From Bigelowiella natans CCMP2755 (lineage: Eukaryota; Protista; Cercozoa), in the NCBI GenBank assembly GCA_000320545.1, contig ADNK01002468.1, forward strand, positions 1,508 through 65,507: a DNA stretch of 64,000 nucleotides, given 5' to 3'. A program made the position numbers and the translations under genes. The notes under the pieces are model-generated. The model worked only from the letters and a program-made list of their open reading frames with translations, did no database searches and was not told where the DNA came from. Positions 1 through 12,932 of this stretch are shown here, one piece after another. Positions within the stretch are counted from its first letter, which is position 1; every line of letters begins with the position of its first letter.

Positions 1-59
1 ATGGGAAGGTTGGCTGTAGTTATTTGCGCATACGTAGAGTCAACAAGAATGGAGAGACG

Positions 60-118
<59 letters not shown>

Positions 119-236
119 TACATACACTAAACATAATTGCATCATCATCATCAGCAGCAGCAGCACCACCGCTATCAGCGTCTTCCTCCTCCTTCTCCTC
201 CTGCTCATCATCATCATTTTCGTGTTGTTTTTAAAG

Positions 237-380
237 GAAACTGGACACCTTTTCCGAGTTCCTGTTTGACGACCACATCAAGTCGAGACTCATAAAGGTG
301 CCTCCCCCTCCTCCTCCTCCTCCTACACCTACACCCTTCTCCCCTATTCCTCTTTCTCGCGAACAACAAGCAGGCCTAGG

Positions 381-475
<95 letters not shown>

Positions 476-708
476 TCTCCCCCTTATAATTCGGGTGTCA
501 TCGATAGATTTGTGCCTGATTTGGAAGATATCGCCGAGTTCTCGGATATGGTGCGTGTCGATTCCAACAAGACACTACTCTCACATTGATTATGACGATT
601 AATATCACACACACACACGCACACGCACACGCATCGTACATACACGCACACACGCTCACACGCCTCTGTAAAATGGAATTACAATCATTATTATCATCGT
701 CATGCCCG

Positions 709-740
<32 letters not shown>

Positions 741-895
741 GACTTCGTCGCTATCTGTCGTTGCTGCGCTCGTCGTTGGGGCATCATCATCACGTAGGTG
801 GAGGAGCAGAAACTGGCCTCGGAAACCCTCGAGGCGTGCAAGAACCTCGATAATGTGCTCAAGTCGCTCACTGGCAGGTCAGTGAGTGAGTGCGT

Positions 896-938
<43 letters not shown>

Positions 939-1724
939 TGTGTGTGTACATGTGTCAATTGCGAGTATTCGTTGTAACCGATTGAATAACAGCTTTGGAG
1001 GCAATACGGAGTACCTGAAGATTCTTGTTAACATCATCAAGCCGGCCCTTAAAAAAGAAAAGTACTTCGCACTCAGCAGCTGTATCTAATGCAGCGCGCG
1101 CGGGAGGGCGGGGGGGGAGAAGGGAGGGGGAGGGGAGGGGGAATGATTTCGCACACTCGTGTAATGCAAATCCGTCTTTGCTGCTTTAGATATTTAGTTT
1201 CTATACCCATCAAACTACGACGACTAATAGCAGGTGGTGGTGGTTGCCATCATCGTCATAATCACAGGTTCAGGCACCTGCAAAACTTCCATATCATCGT
1301 GCCGCCCTTGACGTTCAATTTCGTCGAGAAGATGAGCATCCAGAAAGAACGTGCGTGAGGATGATGCCGTGTTGTTAGAAAGGGGGAGGAAGAGGTGGTG
1401 GTGGTGGAGGCCAGTTTTGCTTGTGTACGATCCTCCATTGTATCTCCCACATCTTCTTTTCTGACGGTAGTAATTCAAAACAGGAATATCTAAGAAGTCG
1501 GGGCGAGGCGAGGCATCCTTCACTGACGACGGGTAGGGATTTCTTTGTTTAGAATTGAAGATTTATTCGGCTCTCGTCGCGTCTGCGTATCATCAACAAC
1601 AACACCATCATCACTATCTTCATCATCATCATCGTCGTCGTCACGCATTTAGAATACAGTGAACACATGACGCTCATCTTCCACCGATTGATAAAATGGT
1701 CACCGTATGTCATCTTCTTCTTCA

Positions 1725-1776
<52 letters not shown>

Positions 1777-2175
1777 TCCCTATTGTTGTCGATGCAGGTT
1801 TGCATTGGGGCTTGCGTATCTGTTGAAGCTTCTGGATCAGGTGAGGAAATACTTGCATAGCGACTACACTACGACAACAACAACAACTACTACTACTACT
1901 ACTACTACAACTACTACCAAGACGCGACCAATGGCGACTATTAACAACACAAATAGTAAGGAGTGGTAGTACCACCAAATGTGACAAATTAATCAATAGC
2001 GCAGCCACTCTGCTACTCTCGCCCTCACGGCCATTTGCAATGTTCTAATCTCTCTCCCCCCTCCTCGCGGTCTATCTCCTTTTATTCGCGCAGGATGCTG
2101 CCTTCGACTCTCTCCATTGGTTCAATGCGGTGAGCAATAGATGCTGCTAAGCGAGCGATCATTAGGATTTGAACC

Positions 2176-2209
<34 letters not shown>

Positions 2210-2743
2210 CACCCCTCCCCACCGCCTCGTCTTTCTTACAACGATGGCGATGGCAAACGGATAATACACGAAGTGATTATCACCACTCCACCACCACCAC
2301 CACCACCACCACCACCACCACCTGCAAGCAATGCGCTCTTTGTATGCTCAGGTGAAGGATTTCGTCAATGAGAAAAAGGCCGAGATAGCGGCCCAGAAGA
2401 AGCAGCGGAGTCGTGCGAACTCCACCGATATGCAGCACGTATGTGCGAGAGCTGAACGAACAATGCATTAAATAGCAGCTGTAGTAGCATCCATCCATGC
2501 GGAGTGTGTTTTATTCATTCGTGGGGAACCATGGCATCTGCTGGCTGCGACGGCAAGCGATGCTGTCCCACGGATGATACACGTCGATCGCACGTTATTT
2601 CTGTCCTAGTGTTGGCATTCTTTCATAGATACTGAGGGGTTATGATTCCGTGTGTGACGTGTATTCCTCAATGGTTTCCATCAGCTATAATACGTTTCTT
2701 AAAGAGTATAGTCTAGCCTTACCCTCCCCCTCCCCCTCTCCCT

Positions 2744-2785
<42 letters not shown>

Positions 2786-3392
2786 ATCCCTATGTCCCTC
2801 ACCGTTACTCTGGTCGCATACAGGTCCAATTAACGATCAAGAGGCTGTCGAATATACGTCGGGAGTTTGAGCTTCTCTACTACTCTTTCACCGGCGCGCG
2901 GATCTTCTTCTCGGAGCAGGAATCTGAGGTGTGTCGGCCCTGCGCGCGCGCGCGCGCGTGTTCCGTTCTTTGCATTTCCACACCTAATGCGGAGAGCATG
3001 GATCTGACGCGAACATACGCTCTTCTGCCTTGCTCTATATGAACTAGGAGGAGAAGGAGGAAAAGAAGAAGCAGGAGGGAGAGGGAGAGGGCGACAAGAA
3101 GGAAGAGGAAAAAAAGGATGGTGCGGATGAAGGAGGCGGGAGCGGCGTGCCTGCCCCCCCAGCTGCTGCGCCGGCAGAGGCAGGTCAGGCAGCATCTCTT
3201 ATCCCCCTCCTCCTTGCATGATGTTTTCGCCAACCCTCACTTTCTATAATTTCTTCACATCAACCAGGAGCAATTCCGCCCCCCCCCGGAGCAGCAGGCA
3301 ACATTCCGCCGCCTCCAGGTGATGCGAGTCTTCCTGACCTAGGGGCGATCCCTCCTCCCCCTCCTGGCTTGCTGCCTCCTCCGCCTATGTAG
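237..3392 (+). CDS. WASHC4: WASH complex subunit 4 (SWIP/WASH-7), 3' multi-exon portion; 5' end lies upstream of the window
   Basis: GT-AG exons spliced by hand give KLDTFSEFLFDDHIKSRLIK (237-297), FVPDLEDIAEFSDM (508-550), FGGNTEYLKILV, HLQNFHIIVPPLTFNFVE, SFTDDG-FALGLAYLLKLLDQ, FDSLHWF and REFELLYYSFTGARIFF, which match the SWIP C-terminus as I know it. The last exon is proline-rich and ends at TAG 3390-3392. Confidence 0.9.
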
Positions 3393-3548
3393 TCGTATCG
3401 TCGTTTTTGGTAGCAAAGTCAACGTACGGGTAGCATTTGTATGCTGTCTCTGAGCGCAATTGTGGATGGCAGTAACATGGTACGTCCTTGCTAGGATTGA
3501 TCGACAATGCCCTTATTTCCTCGATGTATTATGTGTTTATGCACATGT

Positions 3549-3614
3549 GGGACGGATGTAATGAAGTGATTAAATCTTTTCAATGGTCACCGTTATTTAG
3601 CTGTGCAATGCTGC
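3549..3614 (-). repeat. TIR copy of the same element family
   Basis: GGGACGGATGTAATGAAGTGATTAAATCTTTTCAATGGTCA...TAGCTGTGCAATGC is the reverse complement of the ~80-bp terminus. Confidence 0.75.
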
Positions 3615-3638
3615 AGATATACATCTAGACATATGAGC

Positions 3639-3680
<42 letters not shown>

Positions 3681-3950
3681 GGCTAAAGTACGTATGCGAT
3701 GCAGAATCAGCAATGCACATAGCGCTAGCTAGCACTCACAGCTTGTAGCATTCCAGGACACACATCCGTGCGTGCAGGTCAGGTTCTAGCAGCGATGGCC
3801 GCTTAGCATAGAGCATGAAGATAAGCCACGCTGACACGTACAAAGCATCTAAACATGTACATATATCGAATACTCTACTATGCCAAGCCAACTTAAGCTA
3901 CTCGATCCATAATAAGCATGCGAAGAGATCTAGATGTAGATGAGTTAATA

Positions 3951-4097
3951 GTTCCTCACATGTAGACCGTCGGCATCTGCTTACACATATGTGAGGCAGA
4001 GAGTCCATCTGCATCTAATCGACAACCATGGCTAGAGCACGTACATACGTTGAAAGTAGCTTCGCTTCTGCGCAGCGCAGTAAATCAAGGGATACGC

Positions 4098-4168
<71 letters not shown>

Positions 4169-4225
4169 TTGCAAATTCATGAGAGGGAGAGAGTGTGTGT
4201 GTGCGCGCGCGCGCGCGCGCGCGCG

Positions 4226-4270
<45 letters not shown>

Positions 4271-4417
4271 GCGATAGTTCCTCTACACGTAGACCGTCCG
4301 CATCTTGCTTTACACATATGTGAGGCAGAAAAAAACAAAATGCAATATATATCTCTATATATCTATATCTCTATATCTATATATACAGAAACATACACAA
4401 AAAACCCTTCACCACCC

Positions 4418-4496
<79 letters not shown>

Positions 4497-4510
4497 TTGC
4501 AAATTCATGA
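3951..4510 (+). repeat. local ~330-bp-period tandem duplication with (TA)n, (CG)n and (CA)n tracts
   Basis: GTTCCTC..GTAGACCGTC.GCATCT..TTACACATATGTGAGGCAGA at 3951-4000 and 4277-4329; (TA)nTGCATTGCAAATTCATGA ends at 4182 and 4510. Confidence 0.8.
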
Positions 4511-4797
4511 TGGTTGCTGAAAAGTTGATTTTCTTTGTTGCAGTAGAAAATTATACAGCGAAAAAAATACTTGGCTATTTACAGCTAACGAAGGCGGTGG
4601 GCCACCGAGTCGTAGTGTCGTGCTTTACACGAAGTACATCCAGACTAGATTTGAATCGCAGCAGCAGCTAAATAACCACCGATAATTGGGACTGAAGAGT
4701 AACTGAAAGGTGAGACTTTTTTGTCGGGTACTCCACTACATGACTCCACTACATCATGTACAAAATGCGGCATCCGACTGGCAATGTATTCGCATCA

Positions 4798-5307
4798 CTA
4801 CTCTACGTCGCCGCCACAACATTCACCACTGAAGAAATCGTGCACTGTCGCATCGTTGTTGGGATCTGGTTCATCACTCCCAGAAGATCCAGCTCCAGCT
4901 CCAATTTTGTTGGCTACTTTTAGGTCCTCTTTGACTTGTGTGTGTAAGGCTTTGATTGCGTTCTCAAGTGAAGTAGCTTGTTGTTCAACACTGCCAGCAC
5001 CTCCTTCTGACCCTGCAAACTTTGCTATGATAGGATCAGATAGTTGAGAATCTCTTGCAAGCGCATCAATTCTCGCATTTGTCGGATCTGGACTCTCACG
5101 TGAGCTGTTCTGATGAATTCTGTAATAGATTTAACGTGGATGAGTTGAACACAACAGATGCTGTTGAGAGAATTCTATTCTTTTTGCATCAAATACTTTA
5201 ACTACTTCCAATTAATCTGATTGATTTAACCTTGAGGAGATGAGAAGAGGGATTATCATCCAGATCCCAAGCTTCAAGAGCGGCGAAACGACGCCTCCGC
5301 GACCCAT
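4798..5307 (-). CDS. small hypothetical protein with predicted signal peptide (2 exons)
   Basis: ATG at 5307 gives MGRGGVVSPLLKLGIWMIIPLLISSR. A phase-2 GT-AG intron (5230-5120) joins in frame to IHQNSSRESPDPTNARIDALARDSQLSDPIIAKFAG...ECCGGDVE*. No family recognised; the 3' end is uncertain. Confidence 0.5.
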
Positions 5308-6033
5308 TCCTCCTCAGCTTTTTTGAATCCAATTTCAAATTAAAACCCCAAAAACTCAACAACGACATCCATTTTGAATCAGCGACATCCAAGTTGAGAG
5401 CGCTTTAAATTTTTCCACATAGTGTAAAGTTGATACGTTCTTGCGATAAGCCCTCTCCCTAGTCGCTCATAACAAACGCCCATGAAAAGAAAGCTCGCCA
5501 CCGTTCAGAATTTCTCTCCTCGCTTGGCCTTGAGGCTGTGGGAATTTCAAACTTTGTTGCCTCTGGAAGCATGTCGCAAGAGTGAATCGTCCTGATACTT
5601 CTGTACTGCACTTTCGGTATTTAAAAATTGAAACTCTGAACACAGTTGTGCAAATAATGAGCTCCCTCCATTCCAACATAAGAACCTAACGGCTTGGTAA
5701 GTTGTGTGTGTTGTTGTTGAGATGCAACGGGGGCGGTGACGTTGGATCGACCTTTCATTTCTTCCTACTCCCCTACTCTCCTTTTCATTCGCTCATTTCC
5801 CGGGCCAGTTTTTCCAACTTGCCGTTTGGAAATTTGACTACGAGTCAAGAAGTAATGCCTATGGGCTTATTTTCTTCAGCCTCTCCACCCTTCATAGATC
5901 GGGAATATTACTTGCAATGTTTTTTAATCATCCGTTTCCATCCACAGACGGATGCTCTTGTCTTATTGTCGATTTATATTTTCCTTAATTCCACTGCCTA
6001 CATCATAAGTCGTATTCTTTGCCTTACAAAACA

Positions 6034-8604
6034 GGAAAACTTGCAGGTCGATCGGAAATCAAGACCCCCTTACCAAGTCCAACATTATCGACGGGCACAA
6101 TGTCATCTGTGTCCAAAGCAGAGTACAAGGATCCGGATTCCAAGCTTAACACCGAGTTGCTTGTTTCCACCTTGGATGAGGTGAAGTTGCAGACGCTACT
6201 TCGTTCAAAGGCCAACCCTAATGTAAAAAATCTGAACGGATATACTCCTCTCATGTTGGCAGCGAAACAAGGAAACTATAAAGGGATTCGAACGCTACTA
6301 CATTGGAATGCTTTACCCAACCTAACTGACCAAGAGGGTCGATCTGCTCTTCATTTTGCAGTGTTGTCAACCCGGGAAGTTTCTCTATGCATGAAGGTTT
6401 TGCTCAAATACAGAGCGGACGCCTCACAAAGAGACAAAGAAGGCAGCACGGTCCTTATATCAGCTGCTCGTCGCGGTAAATTTGGCTGTATTAAGCAACT
6501 TATTAGGGCAAATACTCCAGTCGATGAAACGGACAATCAAGAACGAACAGCCCTGATATGGTAGGAAGGCAAATGATTTACAAAGTCACTCTCATGCTCT
6601 CCTTCTGCAACAGCCACACTTAAAAACGTGTACTTTTTACCTGTACTTTGAGCGATTCGCTTTTGAATTTCTGATGACCGTCCTGTGTCTGCTTGATCCA
6701 GGGCTGCTAGAAATGGAAGAATACGATGCGTTCTGAGCCTCCTTCGTGGAAACGCAGATGTTAACAAGCACGGCAAGGATGGGAAGACAGCACTCATAGC
6801 AGCCGCATATCATGGAAGGAGCACCTGTATCCTGCAGCTTGTGGACTCACGAGCTTGCCTCAACAGCACCGATAAGACCGGACGCTCAGCGCTCATCGGG
6901 GCAGCTCTCAAGGGGCATATGCAAAGCATAAGCAGGCTCATTGACGCGCGAGCGGACGCAAATATCGTGGACATGCAGGGCCGAACAGCGCTCCATTTCG
7001 CCCTATCCAGGGGGTTTCCAGAGATATCTCAACTGCTCCATGATAGTGGGGGCACCCTTGACGGTTTGCGGGGTCGTGAGAGCAAGGAATTAGGTGGAAG
7101 AACAGTCGCAGGGGGCACAGGGACTAGATCTGAAGGAGCAGGGCTCCCGAGCCATTCTGGTCGCCACAACAACAGCTGTCATAGTGAAGACAAGAGACCG
7201 GCGCCGCAGCAACGCTTTAAGATTAGTCCGTACACTTTGCTCCTCGCGTGCCTCCAGGGCAACTTCCCCGCTGTCCAGCGGCTACTGCGCATAAGAGAGA
7301 GGCAACCGCGAATATTCGCCACCAAGGACGCTAAGCAGGCCACCGCGTTGCACCTCGCGTGCTCACACGGACACACAGAGATCGTCGCAGCCTTGCTTAA
7401 GGCTGGGTTTTCCGCATCCTCTCGTGATAAAAACGGGCTCACTGCTTTGCATCTGGCAGCAAGTGGTAACTCTGGGAAACTAGTGCGTCTTTTGCTTCGA
7501 CACCGCCACCCCCCCCACTCCCCTTCTTCCAGCCTCTCCAGCCGCCGCGGCAGCACCCATATCACTGGCACCCAGGATAGCGAAGGCAAGGAGGAGGGTC
7601 ATGTTGAGGAGGAGAACGAGAAAGATGCTGCTGCCGTCGCCGTCGTCGATGTGGACGTGGCGAGCAGCATTGGCTCCACCCCCCTTCACTACGCCGCTCA
7701 GTTTGGCAGCCCTGAGGTAGTGCAGGCGCTGTTGGAATCAAGAGCGAAGCTGAGTAGTCAGAATCGGTACGGCTGGCACCCCATCCATTATGCAGCAAGC
7801 TATGGCTCCCCCGCAACCTTGCGGAAACTCCTAGAGAGCAACGCCAACATCGAGGCGCGGACACGGTCACGAGGGCCGGGCGATACCCCCCTGATATCCG
7901 CAGTGAGGCATGCACGACCCGAGTGCGCGGAGGCCCTGATCAGGGCCCGAGCGGACGCATCGAAGGTGAACGAGCAGGGGTACTCGCCGCTCGTGCAAGC
8001 TGCTTTCTGCGGGGCTGTCAAGTGCCTTGAGTTACTCATATGCCAGAGAGGAGACCTCGATGCGCGCGACTCTGAGGACAGCACTGCACTGATGCACGCT
8101 GTGATGTGCGGTAGGGGGAATGCAGCCCGGCTGCTGATAGCCTCCAGAGCACGGTTGGACCTGATGGACAGCGACCGCAATACAGCGTTGATTCATGCGG
8201 CACAGCAGAGGTGAGTTTGCAGTATTTTCCCCCACATTGCTCTTTCCTGCCGTATTGTAGTAGTGATGGTGATGATTGTTACTTTGCTGCACAAATCCCC
8301 TGCGCTGAACTACGACACAAAAAGAGTAAGTTATTTCCCACGATTGACGATGGCAAATCCTCCTCCTCTTTAGTAGCGTTGCGGAAAGCACTGGAATGAT
8401 CCAGCTGCTTGTGAGCGCTGGCAGCCCCGTAGACACGATCAATATTGAGGGTCAAAAGGCCTCGAGCTACGGCCCTACTGCCCAAACCAGAGTAATACAG
8501 AGAAAGTCGATCGTACGACAGAAAGATACAACATAGCAGTTCCTCGACACAATATCTTCCCTCTCGCCACTTTCATCTCAGCGCACACATGTATAAGTGT
8601 GTAT

Positions 8605-8640
<36 letters not shown>

Positions 8641-8825
8641 TTTTGCACCATTAGGAGGCCATCCAGCAGGGACTTAGAGAATTTCGGGTCGCACAATCTA
8701 GAATATCTGAGATTCAACAGAGAGTTGTAGCTCTACTGATTAGTCATGGAATTGTCGAATCGACTGCACAAGTCATAGCAAGCTACTGGGACACCTTTTG
8801 GCACTATTTTATGGGGATCAGATGA
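6034..8825 (+). CDS. multi-ankyrin-repeat protein (multi-exon; start uncertain)
   Basis: ORFs 6019-6564 and 6841-8214 carry many ANK motifs (GYTPLMLAA, GRSALHFA, TALHLAC, GSTPLHYAA, GDTPLISAV). GT-AG introns lie near 6562-6701 and from 8211. A probable last exon EAIQQGLREF...FMGIR* ends at 8825. Confidence 0.85.
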
Positions 8826-9746
8826 GTTGAATGTGTCATACATACATCAGATGTATGTGGCTTATGCAAATTAAAACAACAGCCATAATAATGATCTTGC
8901 CTTAATGCATACAAAGTCGAGTGCATCGGTGTGAATATCAATCCAGTTATATGCGTTTGTTCCTGAAGCACTTTACGCACTGTGAATGTACATTCACATC
9001 ATATCTCTGTACAGAAGAGTACCTACCAAAGCATTAAAACTAATGTCAGGCTTGGAACCGCGCACATGCTAGCATGTGCATCTCGTGTACGCTAGCATAA
9101 GCGTGTGAAATGACATCAAAACTATGCTTCGTCGCGACACAGCTTTCATGTGCACCAGCCAATTAATTGAGTACGTAAGCTGTATCAAGCACAGTGTGCG
9201 TCTAGACGAATGTACGATTGCGTTGCCAACATGCTGGCCTGCAGATGACACACATCCGTAGTAGCACTCCATCGCCAAACACGTTGTTACGGTGGATAGG
9301 TGCGGTGACTGATCTGCAGCCACATCAATGCAATTAATAGATTAGCTAGTAGCTCGTTAAGCTCACACGTTTCAACCGTTCGAAGAAGCTGCAATGCATG
9401 GCTTAGATCGCCGCTACAATGCGCGTTTTACTTTACATGCTTTAGTAGTAGTGAAAGTTATTGCTATTCTTGCGTTACGATTCGATTCGATATAGCTGCT
9501 GGACAGCTATTGAATGTCAAACTAAAGCCACAATTTTGAAGTAGTTTATTGCGTAGAGCATGTTTTTAAGCAGCATGGATCAGGATCCCTCGCCGGGTAT
9601 TCCTTGATAGAGCCCTATTCTAATATTTGCTGAAAAGTAATGCATGCACGTGATGTGTGCCAAACGAAGCTCGTCACTAGTGCGAGTTATTATGGATTAT
9701 TTAGCAATTTTGACTTCCTCATTTTTCCAACAACTTTTTTGGCGAT

Positions 9747-12663
9747 TCACACACTTTGCTCTTTAGTGGAATCAGCTGTCACAGCTGCGCTTTGCAAAGC
9801 TTCTGATGCACGCGACATGATCTTCAGAAGTGGTGCAATATTGTAAGGAAATACGTTCTTCACGTACAACGCCCTGAGCCTAGCTTCAAAGCCTTCATAC
9901 GCCAGCCGAAGAGCTGCACATCGCTCATGGCCAAGGGTCAAGACAGCAGAGTGTGGTGCCACAGCCAGGAACTTGAGATATCTCGTCACATAAGGAAGGA
10001 AGCGTGCCTCGCCTGTGATGAGCCAGTCAATGAAGATCGACACATCAAATCCCAAAGTCTGTAGCAGTCGGTACATCAAGCGATGTGGATTAAGCCTATC
10101 ACACAAATCGAGGAGTGCCTTGGGAGGGGATAATGAGGGGGAAAGAGGGCAAATCGGAGAGAAAGTGTCGCCAATCGCACCCCCTCCTCGCTTCCTTCTG
10201 ATCCTCTGCTCCTCCTTTTCAATCGCAAGATAAGTCTGGAGAAGGGTGCTGAGCATCAGCACCAGCTGCTCGTCATCGACAACGAAGATTCGGAACACTT
10301 CCTCAGCGGGACACAAATCGGCGGGAATCTCCTGTATCTTGGTGTAGATAAGGCCACATACGTCACTTTCCTTCGTCATTCTTTGTTCCCGCTTTACTTC
10401 GCTCTTGCCCTCGTCGCTAGGTCGGACTAGGGCAGCACTTTTGTCACCCTGGCCATTGTCCTCGGGTACGTTTCCATCATCTGTACTACCCTCATCATAA
10501 TACATCATTCGAGCTTCTATACACAGATGCATTACTCTAGCAAGGAGGAGGAAAGAGCTTTGTGCCCGTGCCAAAGCCTGGTCCCGGAGATCCACCCAGC
10601 GGCTGCTGCTGCTGCTGCTGCTATTATTCCCATATTTGTCTTCGTAGCGCAACGTACGGTGGGAAGTGAGAAGGAGGGCCTTGGATAGACGTCTTAGAAA
10701 GCTACGATGATGCCTCGTACTATAACTTGTTTTCTTTAAACATGCGAAGAGTACTTTCATGCTGCTGGAACACAAGTCCGCGCCTGATGCAGTGTTGTGA
10801 GAGACGGTGACAGCAGCTGCACCCCCTCTTTGCCTGCTACTATCAGCGGCATCTTTAGCGTGGTTACATTTATTATCCCCATCGTCGTCGAAAGCAGGAT
10901 CGCTTGTTTTGACGCTGCTGTTTGCAATCATAGAATAGAACCATTCAAAGGAAGTGGAGGAGAACGCCAAGAGTATCGATGTACGCAAAGCGTCCAACAA
11001 TGATGATGAGGATGCTACGGCTCTGGCTGCTATTGATGTTTCCGATTTTGACGGTGAAGATAAGTGATTTCCGAAAGCTGCCTCCTGCACAGCGCGCTCG
11101 TCGGCATCATCGAGGATTTTCTCGACTGCGGAAAGGAAAAGAGAGGCGGAGAAAACACTCTCATCATCTCCAATACCATTCCCTCTGTCTTCGATATTTT
11201 GCTGCTGCCGCTTTTTGATATCGCTAAGGTCACCAGGAAGGGGCATTGTTACAAGGATTTTCGCGAAGTTTCGCTGGAGCCACTCAATGACCTTTGCAGC
11301 CCTGACCGTCTCTCTTCTCCTCCGTGATACCAACCTCGCTTGCGTTCTTCTCCTATCATCATCACTATCATCATCCGAATCAGAACTTGCACCAGTAGCA
11401 GCTGGGATCTTTGCTCCAGGCCACAGCGAGAGTAGTAGAGGTGCGAGATAGTGAGGAAATATGGCGCCATTGGAGTTCGAATCGACTGGTGAATTAATAT
11501 CAATTTGCAATGTATCAGCTGCATATTAGGTTAGATCACCACAACAACATATATCAGCTAGGACAGCTCAAAGCGCTGTACGTACGCCGGCAGTTAGAAT
11601 TTAAAGGCGGTTATTACATCTGGGCGCGGAGGTGCTTGGGCTTTGGGTCGATTCAGAATCATCAAGGGGTCGCTGCTTGATCATGTAGGAGAGTACTCCA
11701 AGACATCGCTGTATCACAACATCATCAACTGATACTGTGGCGACACGACCTTCTTTACTCGATCCCTGACTCTTCCTCACTTTTTCAACGCCAATCTTCT
11801 GGTTTCGATAGGGTGCTGCTATATTCGGGTCCGGTTGTTCGACACCTTCGTCGCCCAACTCCAAGCTAACTTTAAAAATCAGATGCAAAGACTTAAATGT
11901 CGTATGCCTGCAGAGAAGATCCTGCTTATCGGTCAAGCGCTCTGCCTGGGGAATACAAGCAATCAAATTGGATCAAACGATAAGAAGATATGGAAGAAGG
12001 AAGTGAGAGAGAAAAGGGGTAGGGTGTCACTAAAGTCTACGTTCGGTGACGGGATGGGGTTGTGCATCCATCTACCAGCTGCAGCAAATAGTTATTGTCT
12101 CCATCACAGATAAGTCTCCTGAGATGGCTGGCCGCCATTTTGTACTCGCTTGATAATCTTGGATGACGTCGTATGGCAGCTACGAGTGATTGGAGGCAAT
12201 AGTTTCCCACCAAGCTCTTCTCCTGCAGCTGCTGCCTGGACGTGCCGGCTTCCCTTTCCAGGATATGTCTCATCGCCTCTGTAACATAATCTCCACTGTC
12301 CTCCGTAGAAGATGATGCTCTGTCCTCCTCTCTGGCCTTCATCTTCTTCTTGTGGTTGTCATTGGCACCACCTTCGCTGCTCCTGTAGAGGATTAAATAG
12401 TGAGGTTGCATCACACAGAATTCCAACAACATCCACCTACTTCGGGTCCCGCATCCGCTTCGCTGCTGTAGCGATGGCGCGCAACGAAGGGCAGTGCTCA
12501 CTTTGCGGAATGGGGCGAGGACATTTGTGAGCTTGGGAGGACATGAGCTCCCTCCCACCCCCTCACCCCGGCCCACAAGATGAGGAGAAGAACCGAAGAA
12601 GCAAGCCGTAGATTCGAGGTTCAAAACAAACCAAGAGAGTGGTGATGAAGGACGATTTTTCAC
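9747..12663 (-). CDS. Protein Lines homolog (LINS1-like), multi-exon; start between ~12343 and 12663
   Basis: The C-terminus NPHRLMYRLLQTLGFDVSIFIDWLITGEARFLPYVTRYLK...LYVKNVFPYNIAPLLK matches the Lines C-terminal motif (NPH..F...GFD..LLD.L.S.ET.FL.Y..RYLK; NLFPYN). Minus-strand ORFs 11601-11966 and 12037-12663 are collinear upstream exons. Confidence 0.7.
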
Positions 12664-12932
12664 AAAGAATCAGCTCGATCGCCTTGTCGCTATGGGAAAA
12701 TGAAACTCGTTCGTGGGCGGAAGAAGTCCGAATCTGCAGTCGAAATCACTTTGCATGTACGACAAACATATATCCTTTGTCGCAGGGATAGAAAAAGCCC
12801 AGAAGGGTCGTACGAGAATGCGAAAAACGTAACGCAACATACGAGAATAACTCCGAAATCCGAACCCTAACCCGATACCCCAACCCAAATCCACCCGCCT
12901 TTCATTGCGTTCACGTCGAAAGGAAGAACAAT

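Noticed and set aside
1-4520. Many ORF-track entries with poly-YI, SL, HT or CV peptides
   Set aside because: These are translations of dinucleotide microsatellites. The real coding signal is the spliced WASHC4 exons.
12863-12873. AACCCTAACCC telomere/telo-box-like motif in the Lines/kinase promoter
   Set aside because: A single occurrence of under two units; not supportable as a regulatory site.
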